Shown here: positions 27,290 through 37,301 of the stretch, piece by piece
How positions within the stretch are numbered: the stretch's first letter is position 1
Layout: each line of letters begins with the position of its first letter
Notes under the pieces: generated by a model
Databases searched by the model: none
Told to the model about the DNA's origin: nothing
Seen by the model: the letters and a program-made list of their open reading frames with translations, nothing else
NCBI GenBank assembly: GCA_034521815.1
Contig: JAXHLW010000013.1
Location: 1,760,001-1,824,000, forward strand
Direction of reading: 5' to 3'
Length of the DNA stretch: 64,000 nt
Origin: Trueperaceae bacterium
GTDB lineage: Bacteria; Deinococcota; Deinococci; Deinococcales; Trueperaceae
Position numbers and translations under genes: made by a program

Positions 27290-29521
27290 CTAGGTCGCCG
27301 TGGCGCGCAGCCACGCCCACGCGACGCGCCAAGGTACGTCCCGCTCCTGCAGCGCCGACCGGAAGCGGCGCTCGACGTCCGCCACGTCGGTCGCGTCGAC
27401 ACCCGCCGCTTCCAGTCGCGACCGGAACGGCGCATCGGGGCCGAACCAGCCGTCCAGAGCGCGCGACGGGAACCGTCGCACCTCGTCCACCTCGACGGTC
27501 TCGGCGTGCGTCACCGTGAACCCGGCCGCCTCCAAGCGTTCGGTGCCGGACCGGACGTCGTACCGGAAGCGGGCCTCGGCCGCCTGGCGGTAGGCGTCCT
27601 CCTCGGCGTTCCGGACGGCGTCGGCCACCTCCGGGGACAGGCCGGCGAGGTCCACGGCCTGATGGAGACGGGTGCCCGCGCTCGGGAGCGCGTCGCCGAA
27701 CACCGCGCGTCCGCCCGGCGCCAGCAGGCTCCGGAGCTCCTCGAGGGCCTGGGGCGCCTCGTCGTCCGCCAGCACGCGCACCGCGAGGATCCGGTCGAAG
27801 GTGCCTTCGGCCTGCGCCGAGTCGGAACGCTGGGCAGCGACCCGGCGAATCTCGGCAGGTGCCGACGCCAGGTCGGCGATGAGCACCACCGGCCGCTCCA
27901 GCTCGGGCAGCGTCGCGGTCTGGCCACGGATCGTCTGGGCCGAGCGCTCGTCCTGCGCGACCGCCCAGGTCTCCCCCTCCGGCGCGCGCCTGAGCGCCTC
28001 GAACGTCGTCCAGCCCGATCCGCCCGTCAGGTCCAGCACGCGGTGGTGCCGCGCCACCTCCAGCCGCTCGAACGCCGCGTCGCGGAGCGCCGCCATCCGC
28101 TCGCCACGGCCCGACAGCGTCCGCGCGGCCCAGCGATCGCGGGCGGCGTCGCCAGGACTCCACGACAGGATCTCGGGCGGCGCCTGCGCGTCCTCGTCCA
28201 GCATCGCGGCGAGCTGCGCCTCACGCCGGCGTGCCACCGCCGTGCGGATCTCGGCCTCGGCCCCCTGGTCGCTGGGCTGGTAGAACAGCCGCCCCTGCAG
28301 CGCGTCGGGGAGGTACTGCTGCGCCACCCAATGGTCGCGGTAGGCGTGCGGGTACAGGTAGCCCTGCCCGTGGCCGAACCCCTCCGCGTCGCGGCTGGCG
28401 TCCTTCAGGTGACTGGGCACCTCGCCCCTGCCCTCGCGCTGCACCGCGGCCAGCGCGTCGAAGAACGCCATCGTGCTGTTCGACTTCGGCGCGGTGGCCA
28501 GGTAGAGCGTGGCCTGGGCCAGGTGGTAGCGGCCTTCGGGCATGCCGACCGCCTCGAACGCCTGCGCCGCCGCCTCGGTGTGCACCAGGGCCTGCGGATC
28601 GGCCAGACCGATGTCCTCCGACGCCAGGATCCGGAGCCTGCGCAGCACGAAACGGGGATCCTCGCCGGCGTGCACCATCTTGGCCAGCCAGTACAGCGCC
28701 GCGTCGGGATCGGAGCCGCGCACGCTCTTGATGAACGCGCTGATCACGTCGAAGTGCGCGTCGCCCTCCTTGTCGTACAGCACGGCGCGCCGCTGGATCG
28801 ACTCCTCGGCCGTGGGCCGGTCGATCCGAACCGTTCCCGAGGCGTCCGGCTCCGTCGTCACCACCGCGAGCTCCAGCGCGTTCAGCAGCGAGCGCGCGTC
28901 GCCGTTCGCGATGTTCACCAGGTGGTCCAGCGCGTCGTCGTCCAGGGCGACGTCCAAGCGGCCGAATCCCCGCTCGGCATCGGTCAGCGCGGCGTGGGCG
29001 ACGCGCCGTAGATCGTCCTCGTTCAGCGGCACGAGCTGGAACACGCGGCTGCGCGACACCAGCGCGGGATTCACCTCGAAGTACGGGTTCTCCGTCGTCG
29101 CGCCGATGAACGTCACCGTTCCCGCCTCGACCGAGGGAAGCAGCGCGTCCTGCTGCGCCTTGTTGAAGCGGTGCACCTCGTCGATGAACAGCAGCGTGCG
29201 CCGCCCGACCCGTTGCCGGTCGGCGGCGGCCGCGACCTGCTCGCGAATGTCCTTGACGCCGGAAAGAACCGCGTTCAGCGCGACGAACTCCGCCTTCGTA
29301 GAGCCGGCGACGACGCGGGCCAGCGTCGTCTTGCCGGTGCCGGGCGGGCCGTGGAAGATCACGCTGGACAGCCGGTCGGCGACGATCGCGCGCCGCAGCA
29401 GCCGGCCCGGCCCCAGCACGTGCTCCTGACCGACGAACTCGTCGATCGTGCGCGGACGCATCCGGGCGGCGAGGGGCTCGTCGGCGGTCGCGAACAGGCT
29501 CGCCTGCGGCGTGGTGGCCAT
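27290..29521 (-). CDS. rarA: replication-associated recombination protein RarA/MgsA with C-terminal methyltransferase-like extension
   Basis: EPLAARMRP, GPPGTGKTT, FIDEVHRFNKAQQDALLP, ATTENPYFEVN, ISAFIKSVRGSDPDAALYW, YLYPH; C-terminal VLDLTGGSG. Confidence 0.93.
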   Translation of the reverse strand: MATTPQASLFATADEPLAARMRPRTIDEFVGQEHVLGPGRLLRRAIVADRLSSVIFHGPPGTGKTTLARVVAGSTKAEFVALNAVLSGVKDIREQVAAAADRQRVGRRTLLFIDEVHRFNKAQQDALLPSVEAGTVTFIGATTENPYFEVNPALVSRSRVFQLVPLNEDDLRRVAHAALTDAERGFGRLDVALDDDALDHLVNIANGDARSLLNALELAVVTTEPDASGTVRIDRPTAEESIQRRAVLYDKEGDAHFDVISAFIKSVRGSDPDAALYWLAKMVHAGEDPRFVLRRLRILASEDIGLADPQALVHTEAAAQAFEAVGMPEGRYHLAQATLYLATAPKSNSTMAFFDALAAVQREGRGEVPSHLKDASRDAEGFGHGQGYLYPHAYRDHWVAQQYLPDALQGRLFYQPSDQGAEAEIRTAVARRREAQLAAMLDEDAQAPPEILSWSPGDAARDRWAARTLSGRGERMAALRDAAFERLEVARHHRVLDLTGGSGWTTFEALRRAPEGETWAVAQDERSAQTIRGQTATLPELERPVVLIADLASAPAEIRRVAAQRSDSAQAEGTFDRILAVRVLADDEAPQALEELRSLLAPGGRAVFGDALPSAGTRLHQAVDLAGLSPEVADAVRNAEEDAYRQAAEARFRYDVRSGTERLEAAGFTVTHAETVEVDEVRRFPSRALDGWFGPDAPFRSRLEAAGVDATDVADVERRFRSALQERDVPWRVAWAWLRATAT

Positions 29522-29585
29522 TCGGCCCATGCTAGCAGCGGCTCGCACGCCGCTGGGGCGCGCAGCGTTCGTGGCGACCGCGCCC

Positions 29586-29629
29586 TGCGACGTCGGTGCG
29601 ATGTCGGTGCGATGTCGGTGCGATGTCGG
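29586..29629. repeat. 4 x 11-bp tandem repeat TGCGA(T/C)GTCGG
   Basis: Read directly; intergenic, abutting the stop codon at 29630. Confidence 0.9.
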
Positions 29630-32600
29630 TCAAGGCAGGCCCGGCACGCTCCACCGCAGCCACGCCTCGGGCCCCCGGCCCGCACCGCTCCAGGACACGC
29701 CGCCCTGCAGCTCCAACGACGCCGTCGCGCCGTACCCCAGCACCAGATCGGCCGCCACCAGCCCCTCGACGCCCACCGCGACAGCCTGCCCAGCGTCGGC
29801 CGCGGCGCCGGTCGATACGCCCAGCCGCAGGCGCGGAGCGAACCGCAACCGCTGAAGCGCCCAGCGACCGTCCGCGATGGAGGCGCCGACCGGCGCGGTC
29901 CAGCCCAGCCCGGCCGAGGCGGACGCCGCGACGTTCTCGAACGCGCTCGCCGGGACCGACGAGGGCGGTCTCCAGCCCGTGCGGATCGTCGCGTCGGCCG
30001 TCGGCCCGCCGGGAAGGCCGGTCGGGATCCACGCGGCGGCGTCGAGCCAGGCGCCGTTGGAACGGCCCCCCGCGATTCCATCGGTCCTCCCCGTGACCGC
30101 CACCGCCCATCCTCGCCGCGGCACGCCCCAGGCGTCCGCCGCTCCGTCCGACGAGGCGATCCGGACCGAGCCGCCCGTGCGGACGGCTCCGTCGTCCGCC
30201 ACCCGGGTCACGAGGCGCGCCCCCAGGCGGACGGTCGGCTCCCAGGCCAGAGTGGAGTCCACGCCCACTTCGAGATGGGGCCGGGGCGGCTCCAGCGGTG
30301 CCCGGTGGGGCGAATAGGGAAGCACGCCCATGCGGACCACGGCCGCGAGGGGGTCCCGCCGACCCGGTGTGGGGACGATGCCGGCGCGACCCACGCGTAG
30401 CGACACCCCGAAGGCGGGGCGCCCCCAGGCGCCGTCTCCGCCCGGCACGCGCCCCGCGACCGCGTCGATCGCATAGCGTCTCGTCGGGTCGATAGCGACG
30501 AGGCGGACCCCCGCCCCGCCGACGCCCAGATCGCTCGGGAGCCAGCCCAGGAGCCGCACGGCCGCACGCGGGTCGTACGGCCGCGGCCCCGCCGTCCCGT
30601 CGTGGCGACCACCGTCCAGGCGACCACCGTCCAGGTCACGAGACGAGACGCCAGGGGACTCGATGCGAGCAGGCTCGGCGCGTGCGGGCTCGGCGCGAGC
30701 AGGCTCGGCGCGAGCAGACTCGGCGCGAGCCCCTGGGCGGCTGGCCACGGTCCGTAGCGGAGCAGGCGCGACGCGTGCCAGGACGGGCCCGCCGGCACGT
30801 CGCACGGCGACCACGCCGTCCGTGACGTCCACGACGCCGTAGCGAGGCGCGGCCCACAGCTCGGCGCGTCCCGTGGCCAGCTCGACGCGCCACGCTCCCG
30901 TCCTGTCGGCGTCGGCCGCCGACACGAGCCAGAGGTGCGACTCGCTCTCCCAGGCCGCGTTCCGTAGCGCGCCGTCCAGTGCGATCGGAACCCGGTCCGG
31001 CTCGGGCCAGCGCGTAGACGGCGCGCCGACGGCATCGACGGGCGCGGCTGCGGGACGTGGGGCTGCGGGAAGGGCGGGCGGTGCGGCGGACGGTGCGGCG
31101 GGCGGACGCGACCACGCGACCAGGCTACGCTCGCCCGACCGGTCCAGGATCGCGGCGACACGGCCGGCCGGCGACGTGGCCAGGCCCACGATCCGCGCTC
31201 CCGCAGGGGCCGACCAGACGTCGACGCCGGTGACCGGACCGCCGTCGCACCAGCGGCGCAGCTGCGACGCTCCGAGCCCGTCGTCGCGCACGAACACGAG
31301 GCAGCCGTCCGCTAACGCCGCCGCCGCGTGGGCACGCGCGCCTTGGGTCAGCCTCCGCTCGGCTCCGGTCGCGACGCTCAGCACGTGCAGCTCTCCCAGT
31401 CGGCCCGCCGGCCCGTCCCGCAATCGGACGTACACGAGCTCGTCCGCGCTGCGCCAGGCCAGTCGGTCGGGCGTGGAGCGCAGCTGCACGGCGACCGTCT
31501 CGGCCAGCTCACCGCCTGCGCCCACGGTCGCGACGCGCACGGTGCGTCCCGTCAGCCAGGCCAGACGCGTGCCGTCCGGCGACCGGGCAGGCGACCGTGC
31601 AGGCGACCGTGCAGGCGACCGGGCGTGAGCCGACACCGGCGCGGTGGCCGAGGCAGGCTCGTCGGCCAGCAGCGCCCCGATCTCGTCGTCCAACGCCATC
31701 GCCTCGGCACGAAGTCGGTCCCGCAACGCGGCCCATTCGAGCTGCAGATCCCCACCGACGGCATGGCGCCAGGCGTCGTCGAACCCTGTCCACGGCGGCG
31801 CGGTCTCGAACCGGCGCAACGCGTCGCGGAAGGCCGGCAATCCGGCTCCATGGATCAGGTGCTCCACGAAGGCGCCGCCCAGGAGGTAGCGCGTCCGTCC
31901 GCCCGGCCACGCCTCGCTCGGTAGCCGAGCGGCGTCGGCCAGCGAGGGCCAGTCGTCGCTGACCGCGAGCGCCCGGATCACGGAGCGCGCGTCGGGATCG
32001 TCCAAGCGGCCGCCGCCACCCGGCACCGCCCGGCTCTCGGCCCAGACCGCCACGCCCTCGAGCAGCCACATCGGCGGAGGCCACGGCAGGTCGGCGCCCA
32101 CGATGCCGGTGCGCACGGGGAGCGACCCCGGGCGGCCCCCGAAGTGCACGGCGTGGATCATCTCGTGGACGAGGAGCAGCTGAAGCGGATCGGGCGCGCT
32201 GGAGCCCACCTCGCCCGGCCACGGCGGCTGCAAAGGAACGGTGACGACCGGTCCGCCCAGCGGGTCCACCCAGGCGTTGTACACGTCGTCGTCGCCTTGG
32301 ATCACGACGGTCACGTCGGGTGCAGGGACGGCGAAGAACGCGGCCGCCGTCGACAGCGCGGCCTCCGCACGGCGAGCCAGCTCGTGGATCCTGCCCAGCG
32401 AGGCGGCGTCCGGCACGATCACCGTCACGCGACCGACGTCCAGCACCCAGGGCTGGCCAGGCGCCGCCTCCGGCCTAAGGTGCTCGCCGGCCGGGGCCGG
32501 CCCGTTCGCGGCGAGAGCCGACCCTGCGAGGACGACCAGCACCACGAGGATCGCGACGCGAGCGGCTCGAGCGACCGCGGGAGCGACCGCCGGGTCGACC

Positions 32601-32647
32601 GCGGCTTCCATCGCGAGCCAGGGCTCGTGCCGACCCCGAACGATCAC
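29630..32647 (-). CDS. large exported protein: HExxH gluzincin-like peptidase + TolB/PD40-like propeller + C-terminal beta-rich domain
   Basis: Signal peptide; YNA, LLVHEMIHAVH, WLLEGVAVWAE; SPDGTRLAW-type blades; C-terminal alternating beta strands; start is GTG 32647 (coupled to upstream stop) or ATG 32611. Confidence 0.7.
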   Translation of the reverse strand: MIVRGRHEPWLAMEAAVDPAVAPAVARAARVAILVVLVVLAGSALAANGPAPAGEHLRPEAAPGQPWVLDVGRVTVIVPDAASLGRIHELARRAEAALSTAAAFFAVPAPDVTVVIQGDDDVYNAWVDPLGGPVVTVPLQPPWPGEVGSSAPDPLQLLLVHEMIHAVHFGGRPGSLPVRTGIVGADLPWPPPMWLLEGVAVWAESRAVPGGGGRLDDPDARSVIRALAVSDDWPSLADAARLPSEAWPGGRTRYLLGGAFVEHLIHGAGLPAFRDALRRFETAPPWTGFDDAWRHAVGGDLQLEWAALRDRLRAEAMALDDEIGALLADEPASATAPVSAHARSPARSPARSPARSPDGTRLAWLTGRTVRVATVGAGGELAETVAVQLRSTPDRLAWRSADELVYVRLRDGPAGRLGELHVLSVATGAERRLTQGARAHAAAALADGCLVFVRDDGLGASQLRRWCDGGPVTGVDVWSAPAGARIVGLATSPAGRVAAILDRSGERSLVAWSRPPAAPSAAPPALPAAPRPAAAPVDAVGAPSTRWPEPDRVPIALDGALRNAAWESESHLWLVSAADADRTGAWRVELATGRAELWAAPRYGVVDVTDGVVAVRRAGGPVLARVAPAPLRTVASRPGARAESARAEPARAEPARAEPARIESPGVSSRDLDGGRLDGGRHDGTAGPRPYDPRAAVRLLGWLPSDLGVGGAGVRLVAIDPTRRYAIDAVAGRVPGGDGAWGRPAFGVSLRVGRAGIVPTPGRRDPLAAVVRMGVLPYSPHRAPLEPPRPHLEVGVDSTLAWEPTVRLGARLVTRVADDGAVRTGGSVRIASSDGAADAWGVPRRGWAVAVTGRTDGIAGGRSNGAWLDAAAWIPTGLPGGPTADATIRTGWRPPSSVPASAFENVAASASAGLGWTAPVGASIADGRWALQRLRFAPRLRLGVSTGAAADAGQAVAVGVEGLVAADLVLGYGATASLELQGGVSWSGAGRGPEAWLRWSVPGLP

Positions 32648-34407
32648 TGGAGCAGACGCGCGCCCAGCCACTCGCTGACGAGGTCCAGCAGCTCGGGAGC
32701 CACGGTGGTCCGGATGGTGCCGTACTCGTCCAGCCCTCCGACCCGCGCCGGCTGCATCAGGTGGTTCAGCCCGCTCAGGGTGACCACCGTGGTGTCGTCC
32801 ACGCCCGCCTCGCGCAGCGCTGCCCGCATCGCGCCCTCGTTCTGCACGGCGGGCACCTGCACGTCCTGACGCCCGAAGACCGCCAGGGTAGGCACGTCGA
32901 CGTCGCGCAACACCGGTCCGGGCTGGGCCAGCAGGAAGTCGCGGAAGGTCGGCGTGACGACGGTCTCGACCTGCGCCGCCACGTACCGCTCGCGCGCGGC
33001 GCCGCTGGGGGCCTCGCTCTCGGGAAGCGCGGCCAGCTGCTCATCGACGCGTGCGCGGGTCAACCGTTGCGCCTCGTCCGTATCGCCGTCCGACAGGGCC
33101 GCATGCAGCGCCCGCAAGTACCTGATCTGCGCATCGACCTCGTCCTCGCCGGCCCCGCGTTGCCCGAGGATCAGGCGATTCTGCAGCTCCAGCACGTCCA
33201 GACCGGACACGGCGGGAGCGGCCAGGAGCACCATCGCCGCCACCGGGGCGTCCCCCGTCACGACGAGGGGCGCCACCAAGCCACCCTCGCTATGGCCCAG
33301 CACGGCGATGCGACGCACGTCGACGTCCTCGCGACCGGCCAGGAACGTCACGGCCGCGGCAGCGTCCGTCGCCAGACCGTCCAGTCCTGCAGCACCCAGG
33401 CTGCCCTCGCTGCCACCCACGCCGCGGTCGTCCCAGCGCAGCGATCCCAGCCCGCTGCGCGCCAATCGGTCGGCCAGCACCGCCATCGTGGGGTGGCCCA
33501 GCACCGTGCCGTCGCGATCCTGCGCGCCCGACCCGTTCAGCAGCACCACGACCGGGAACGGTCCCGGCCCCTCGGGCAACGTCAGCGTGCCGGCCAGCGT
33601 GCCGGCGTCGCCGTCGAACGTCACCTCGTGCGTGGCGTACGGGAACGGAGGGGTGGGCGCTTGCGGCCGCTCGACGTTTCCGTCCGCCTCGTCGCCCTCG
33701 CGCACGAAGGTGAGCGGGAAGGTGACGCCCTCCTGCTGGAACGTTCCCCTCAAGGCTCCGTCCTCGAGCCGCAAGCCCAGCCTGGCGTCCGCGGGAAGCG
33801 CGGGAATGCTCAGCGTCACCGCCCCGTTCACCGCCGCGAGCGGCCTGGCTTCCAGCCCGGTCAGGCCCTGACTGGGCAGGTCCACGGTGCCTCGCAGCCT
33901 GCCGTCCTCGGAGGTCAGGTTCAGCACCAGGGGAAGCGGCGCGCGCTCGGGAGCGAGAACGCCGCGCCAGCTTCCGACCCAGCCGGACGGCGTCCGAACC
34001 GTCGGCGCGTCGCCGGCCCGCTGCAGCTCGAACGGGACCGACGCGCTTCCCTGGACGAAGTCGCCCTCGATCTCGTCGTCCCCGCGGAGCCGTCCCTCGA
34101 ACGTGGGCGAGGAAGGCAACGTCGGCGCGGTGAAGCGGACGGCGCCGTCGGCGCTCGTCTCGATCTGGTCGAGGGGCAGCTCGAACGCGCCCTGAAGCGG
34201 GACGTCGATCTCGCCGGTCAGGCCCGCGGGGCCGTCCTCGAATCGGACGCGAACGTACAGGTCGAGGTCGGACGGGTCGATGGAGCCTTCCCAGCCGCCG
34301 CGCAGCGCACGGTCTTGCGCAGGGTCTTGCGCCGGGGCTTGCGCTGCTGCCGCGGCCAGCAGCGAGGCCGTGGCGGCGAACAGGAGCACGAATACGATGC
34401 GTCTCAT
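32644..34407 (-). CDS. exported alpha/beta hydrolase with two N-terminal beta modules
   Basis: Signal peptide, LAGTLTLP, NGSGAQDRDG, LRWDDRGVGGS, GHSEGG nucleophile elbow, DVQV, LNHLMQ. Confidence 0.9.
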   Translation of the reverse strand: MRRIVFVLLFAATASLLAAAAAQAPAQDPAQDRALRGGWEGSIDPSDLDLYVRVRFEDGPAGLTGEIDVPLQGAFELPLDQIETSADGAVRFTAPTLPSSPTFEGRLRGDDEIEGDFVQGSASVPFELQRAGDAPTVRTPSGWVGSWRGVLAPERAPLPLVLNLTSEDGRLRGTVDLPSQGLTGLEARPLAAVNGAVTLSIPALPADARLGLRLEDGALRGTFQQEGVTFPLTFVREGDEADGNVERPQAPTPPFPYATHEVTFDGDAGTLAGTLTLPEGPGPFPVVVLLNGSGAQDRDGTVLGHPTMAVLADRLARSGLGSLRWDDRGVGGSEGSLGAAGLDGLATDAAAAVTFLAGREDVDVRRIAVLGHSEGGLVAPLVVTGDAPVAAMVLLAAPAVSGLDVLELQNRLILGQRGAGEDEVDAQIRYLRALHAALSDGDTDEAQRLTRARVDEQLAALPESEAPSGAARERYVAAQVETVVTPTFRDFLLAQPGPVLRDVDVPTLAVFGRQDVQVPAVQNEGAMRAALREAGVDDTTVVTLSGLNHLMQPARVGGLDEYGTIRTTVAPELLDLVSEWLGARLLQ

Positions 34408-34488
34408 GCCCCCCATCATGCCCGTCTCGCGGCGGAGCACCGCGTCGCGACCGACGTCCCGGAGCGCGCCACGGGTACCATGCCGGCG

Positions 34489-35502
34489 ATGCCCGTTCAC
34501 GTCGTCGACAAGCCGCTGGGCCCCACCTCGCACGACGTCGTGGCGCGTGCTCGCCGCCTGCTGAAGACGCGCAGGGTCGGCCACGCGGGAACCCTCGATC
34601 CGCTGGCCACCGGCGTCCTGCTGGTGCTATCAGGCGACGCCACGAAGCTCTCGACCTGGCTGACGGGCTCCGACAAGACGTACCTGGCCTGGATCGCGTT
34701 CGGTGGCGCGACGCCCACCTGGGACGCCGAGGGGCCGATCGTGGAGCGGGGCGACACGGGGTCGCTGGACGAGGACGCGATCCGGAACGCCTTCGCGCCG
34801 TTCCTGGAGCTCTCCGAGCAGGTCCCCCCGCGCTTCAGCGCGATCAAGACCGGCGGCGAGGCCGCGTACCGCGCCGCGCGGCGTGGCGACGAGGAGGTGA
34901 CGCCGTTGCCCGCCCGGCCGGCCGCGTATCGCGGCATCGAGCTGCTCGGGTTCGGCGACCGCGACGCGCTTCCCGGCCGGTTCGGGCCGACGCTCGACGG
35001 CTGGCGGCCGGATCCCGCCGGTCGCACCTTCGACCTTCCGCCTCCGCTGGAGCCGCTGCCGGTCGCCCTGGTGTCGGTCGAGGTCGCGGCCGGCACGTAC
35101 GTCCGGGCGTTCGCGCGCGACCTGGGCGAGGCGCTGGGCGTGCCGGCGCACCTCGCGGGCCTGGTCCGGACGCGCGTGGGCACCTCGCGGCTCGAGGACG
35201 CCGTGCCCCTCGACGCGATCGCCGACCGACCCGGGGTGGCGGAGGCGGACGCGTTGCCCATGCCCTCCGTCCGCCTGAGCACGACCGATGCGGCCCGCGT
35301 GCGTCAGGGACAGCGGCTCCCGGTGGGCACGGTGCCGGGCGAGGGCGTGGTCGCGCTGCTCGATCCGGACGGACGCCTGGCGGCGGTGGCGGACCTCGAC
35401 CCCAGCGGCATGCGGCTTCTGCGGGTCTGGCACGTTCCGGCGTCCGGAGACGACCCCGGAGACACCGCGACACCGGCCGCGGACGATGCGAGCGCTGGCT
35501 AG
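34489..35502 (+). CDS. truB: tRNA pseudouridine(55) synthase
   Basis: VDKPLGPTSHDVV, VGHAGTLDPLATGVL, QVPPRFSAIK, GTYVRAFARDLG. Confidence 0.96.
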   Translation: MPVHVVDKPLGPTSHDVVARARRLLKTRRVGHAGTLDPLATGVLLVLSGDATKLSTWLTGSDKTYLAWIAFGGATPTWDAEGPIVERGDTGSLDEDAIRNAFAPFLELSEQVPPRFSAIKTGGEAAYRAARRGDEEVTPLPARPAAYRGIELLGFGDRDALPGRFGPTLDGWRPDPAGRTFDLPPPLEPLPVALVSVEVAAGTYVRAFARDLGEALGVPAHLAGLVRTRVGTSRLEDAVPLDAIADRPGVAEADALPMPSVRLSTTDAARVRQGQRLPVGTVPGEGVVALLDPDGRLAAVADLDPSGMRLLRVWHVPASGDDPGDTATPAADDASAG

Positions 35503-35584
35503 ACTGGTGGGAGGCACCTTCGACCCGATCTCTCGACCTCTTCTTTCGACCGTGCGCCGCTTTCGGCGAGTTGGAGCGACACCG

Positions 35585-36697
35585 ATGGACATCGGCATTC
35601 CCAAGGAGACGAAGCGTCACGAGTACCGCGTGGCGGCCACCCCGGCCGCCGTTCGCACGTTGACCGTGGCCGGGCACGACGTGCGCGTGGAGGCCGGCGC
35701 CGGCGTGGGCAGCGGATTCCCCGACGACGACTACCGCAGCGTCGGCGCGCGCATCGTGCCCGACGCCGCTACGGCGTGGGCGGCGGCGCTGGTCTTGAAG
35801 GTCAAGGAGCCCGTTCCGTCCGAGTACGGCTTCCTTCGCGACGATCTGATCCTGTTCACCTACCTTCATCTCGCGGCCGACCGCGAGCTGACCGACGCCC
35901 TGATCGAGGCGGGCACCACCGCGATCGCCTACGAGACGGTCGAGGGTCGGCATGGCGGTCTGCCGCTGTTGACGCCGATGAGCGAGGTGGCCGGCCGCAT
36001 GGCGCCGCAGGTGGGCGCGTACCACCTCGAGCGCTTCCTGGGCGGGCGCGGCGTGCTGCTCGGCGGCGTTCCCGGCGTCGCCGCGGGCGAGGTCGTCATC
36101 CTGGGTGGTGGCGTGGTGGGCATCAACGCCGCGAAGATGGCGGCGGGGTTGGGCGCCCGCGTCACGCTGCTCGACGTGGACCACCGCCGGCTGCAGTACC
36201 TCGACGACGTGTTCGGCGGACGGGTCGAGACGGTGATGAGCAACGTCGGCACCGTCTCGACGGCGGCCGCGCGGGCGGACCTGCTGATCGGCGCGGTGCT
36301 GATCCCCGGCGCCCGGGCGCCGATGCTGATCCCGCGCGGGCTGCTGGGCGAGATGCGGCCCGGCAGCGTGATCGTCGACGTCGCCGTGGATCAGGGCGGC
36401 TGCGTCGAGACGATCCACGCCACCACGCACGACGAGCCGACGTACGTCGTGGACGGCGTGGTGCACTACGGCGTCGCGAACATGCCCGGCGCGGTGCCGA
36501 ACACCAGCACGCGGGCGCTCAGCTACCAGACGCTGCCGTACGCCGAGCGGCTCGCGAACCGAGGTCTGAACGTGCTGCTGGACGATCCAGGCTTCCTCAG
36601 CGGGCTGAACGTGCATCGTGGCCAGGTGACGTACCCGGCGGTGGGCGAGGCGTTCGAGCTGGACGTCGTGGACCCGGCCACGGCGCTGGGGGCGTGA
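35585..36697 (+). CDS. ald: alanine dehydrogenase
   Basis: IGIPKETKRHEYRV, LKVKEP, FTYLHLAA, LPLLTPMSEVAGR, DVAVDQGG, YGVANMPGAV. Confidence 0.97.
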   Translation: MDIGIPKETKRHEYRVAATPAAVRTLTVAGHDVRVEAGAGVGSGFPDDDYRSVGARIVPDAATAWAAALVLKVKEPVPSEYGFLRDDLILFTYLHLAADRELTDALIEAGTTAIAYETVEGRHGGLPLLTPMSEVAGRMAPQVGAYHLERFLGGRGVLLGGVPGVAAGEVVILGGGVVGINAAKMAAGLGARVTLLDVDHRRLQYLDDVFGGRVETVMSNVGTVSTAAARADLLIGAVLIPGARAPMLIPRGLLGEMRPGSVIVDVAVDQGGCVETIHATTHDEPTYVVDGVVHYGVANMPGAVPNTSTRALSYQTLPYAERLANRGLNVLLDDPGFLSGLNVHRGQVTYPAVGEAFELDVVDPATALGA

Positions 36698-36701
36698 GCC
36701 C

Positions 36702-37301
36702 TCAACGCATCTTGGCCAGAGCCTTGCGGATCAGCGTCTCGGCGTCGGCGTCGGGCTGATCCCCGGTCAGCTCCGACACGGTCGCCTTGACGGACGCTTC
36801 GCGGTAGCCCAGCGCGATCAGCGCGTCGACGGCGTCCTGGGCCTCGGCCCCGAACCCCGAGCGGGGGGCGGGCCGTTCGCCGTCGGCCGGCAAAAGCAGG
36901 TCGTCCGGCATCCGCGACTTGAGGTCCAACACGATGCGCTCCGCGGTGCGCTTGCCCACCCCGGGCGCAGCGGCCAGGAGTGCGGGATCGTCGTTCACCA
37001 CGGCGCTCGCGATCACCTGGAGCGGCAGGTGCGAGAGCACCGCCAGCGCCAGCTTGGGCCCCACGCCGCTCACGCCCAGCAGCAGCCGGAACAGCCTGAG
37101 GCCGACCTCGTCGCCGAAGCCGTAGAGCGTCCAGGCGTCCTCGCGCACCACGAGGTGGGTGTGAAGCCGAACGGACTGGCCGACGCGGGCCGTCGCCGTC
37201 GTCGACGCGGGGGTGAGCGCCTCGACGCCCCACGCGCCGGCCCGGATCACGAGCGAGCCGATCCGGATCTCCTCGACGACCCCTTCGACGAACGCGATCA
37301 C
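36702..37301 (-). CDS. ruvA: Holliday junction branch migration protein RuvA
   Basis: VIAFVEG, HLVVREDAWTLYGF, VSGVGPKLAL, PGVGKRTAERIVLDLK, DALIALGY. Confidence 0.96.
   Translation of the reverse strand: MIAFVEGVVEEIRIGSLVIRAGAWGVEALTPASTTATARVGQSVRLHTHLVVREDAWTLYGFGDEVGLRLFRLLLGVSGVGPKLALAVLSHLPLQVIASAVVNDDPALLAAAPGVGKRTAERIVLDLKSRMPDDLLLPADGERPAPRSGFGAEAQDAVDALIALGYREASVKATVSELTGDQPDADAETLIRKALAKMR

Noticed and set aside
29586..31622. Short tandem repeats as a possible CRISPR array
   Set aside because: Units are 11-15 bp and contiguous, with no unique spacers and no cas genes
32761..34488. Apparent large N-terminal fusion to TruB (similar apparent extensions on AKR, RR, dcd, ald, amn)
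   Set aside because: Open frames running through neighbouring genes; true starts are supported by motifs and by -10 or SD placement
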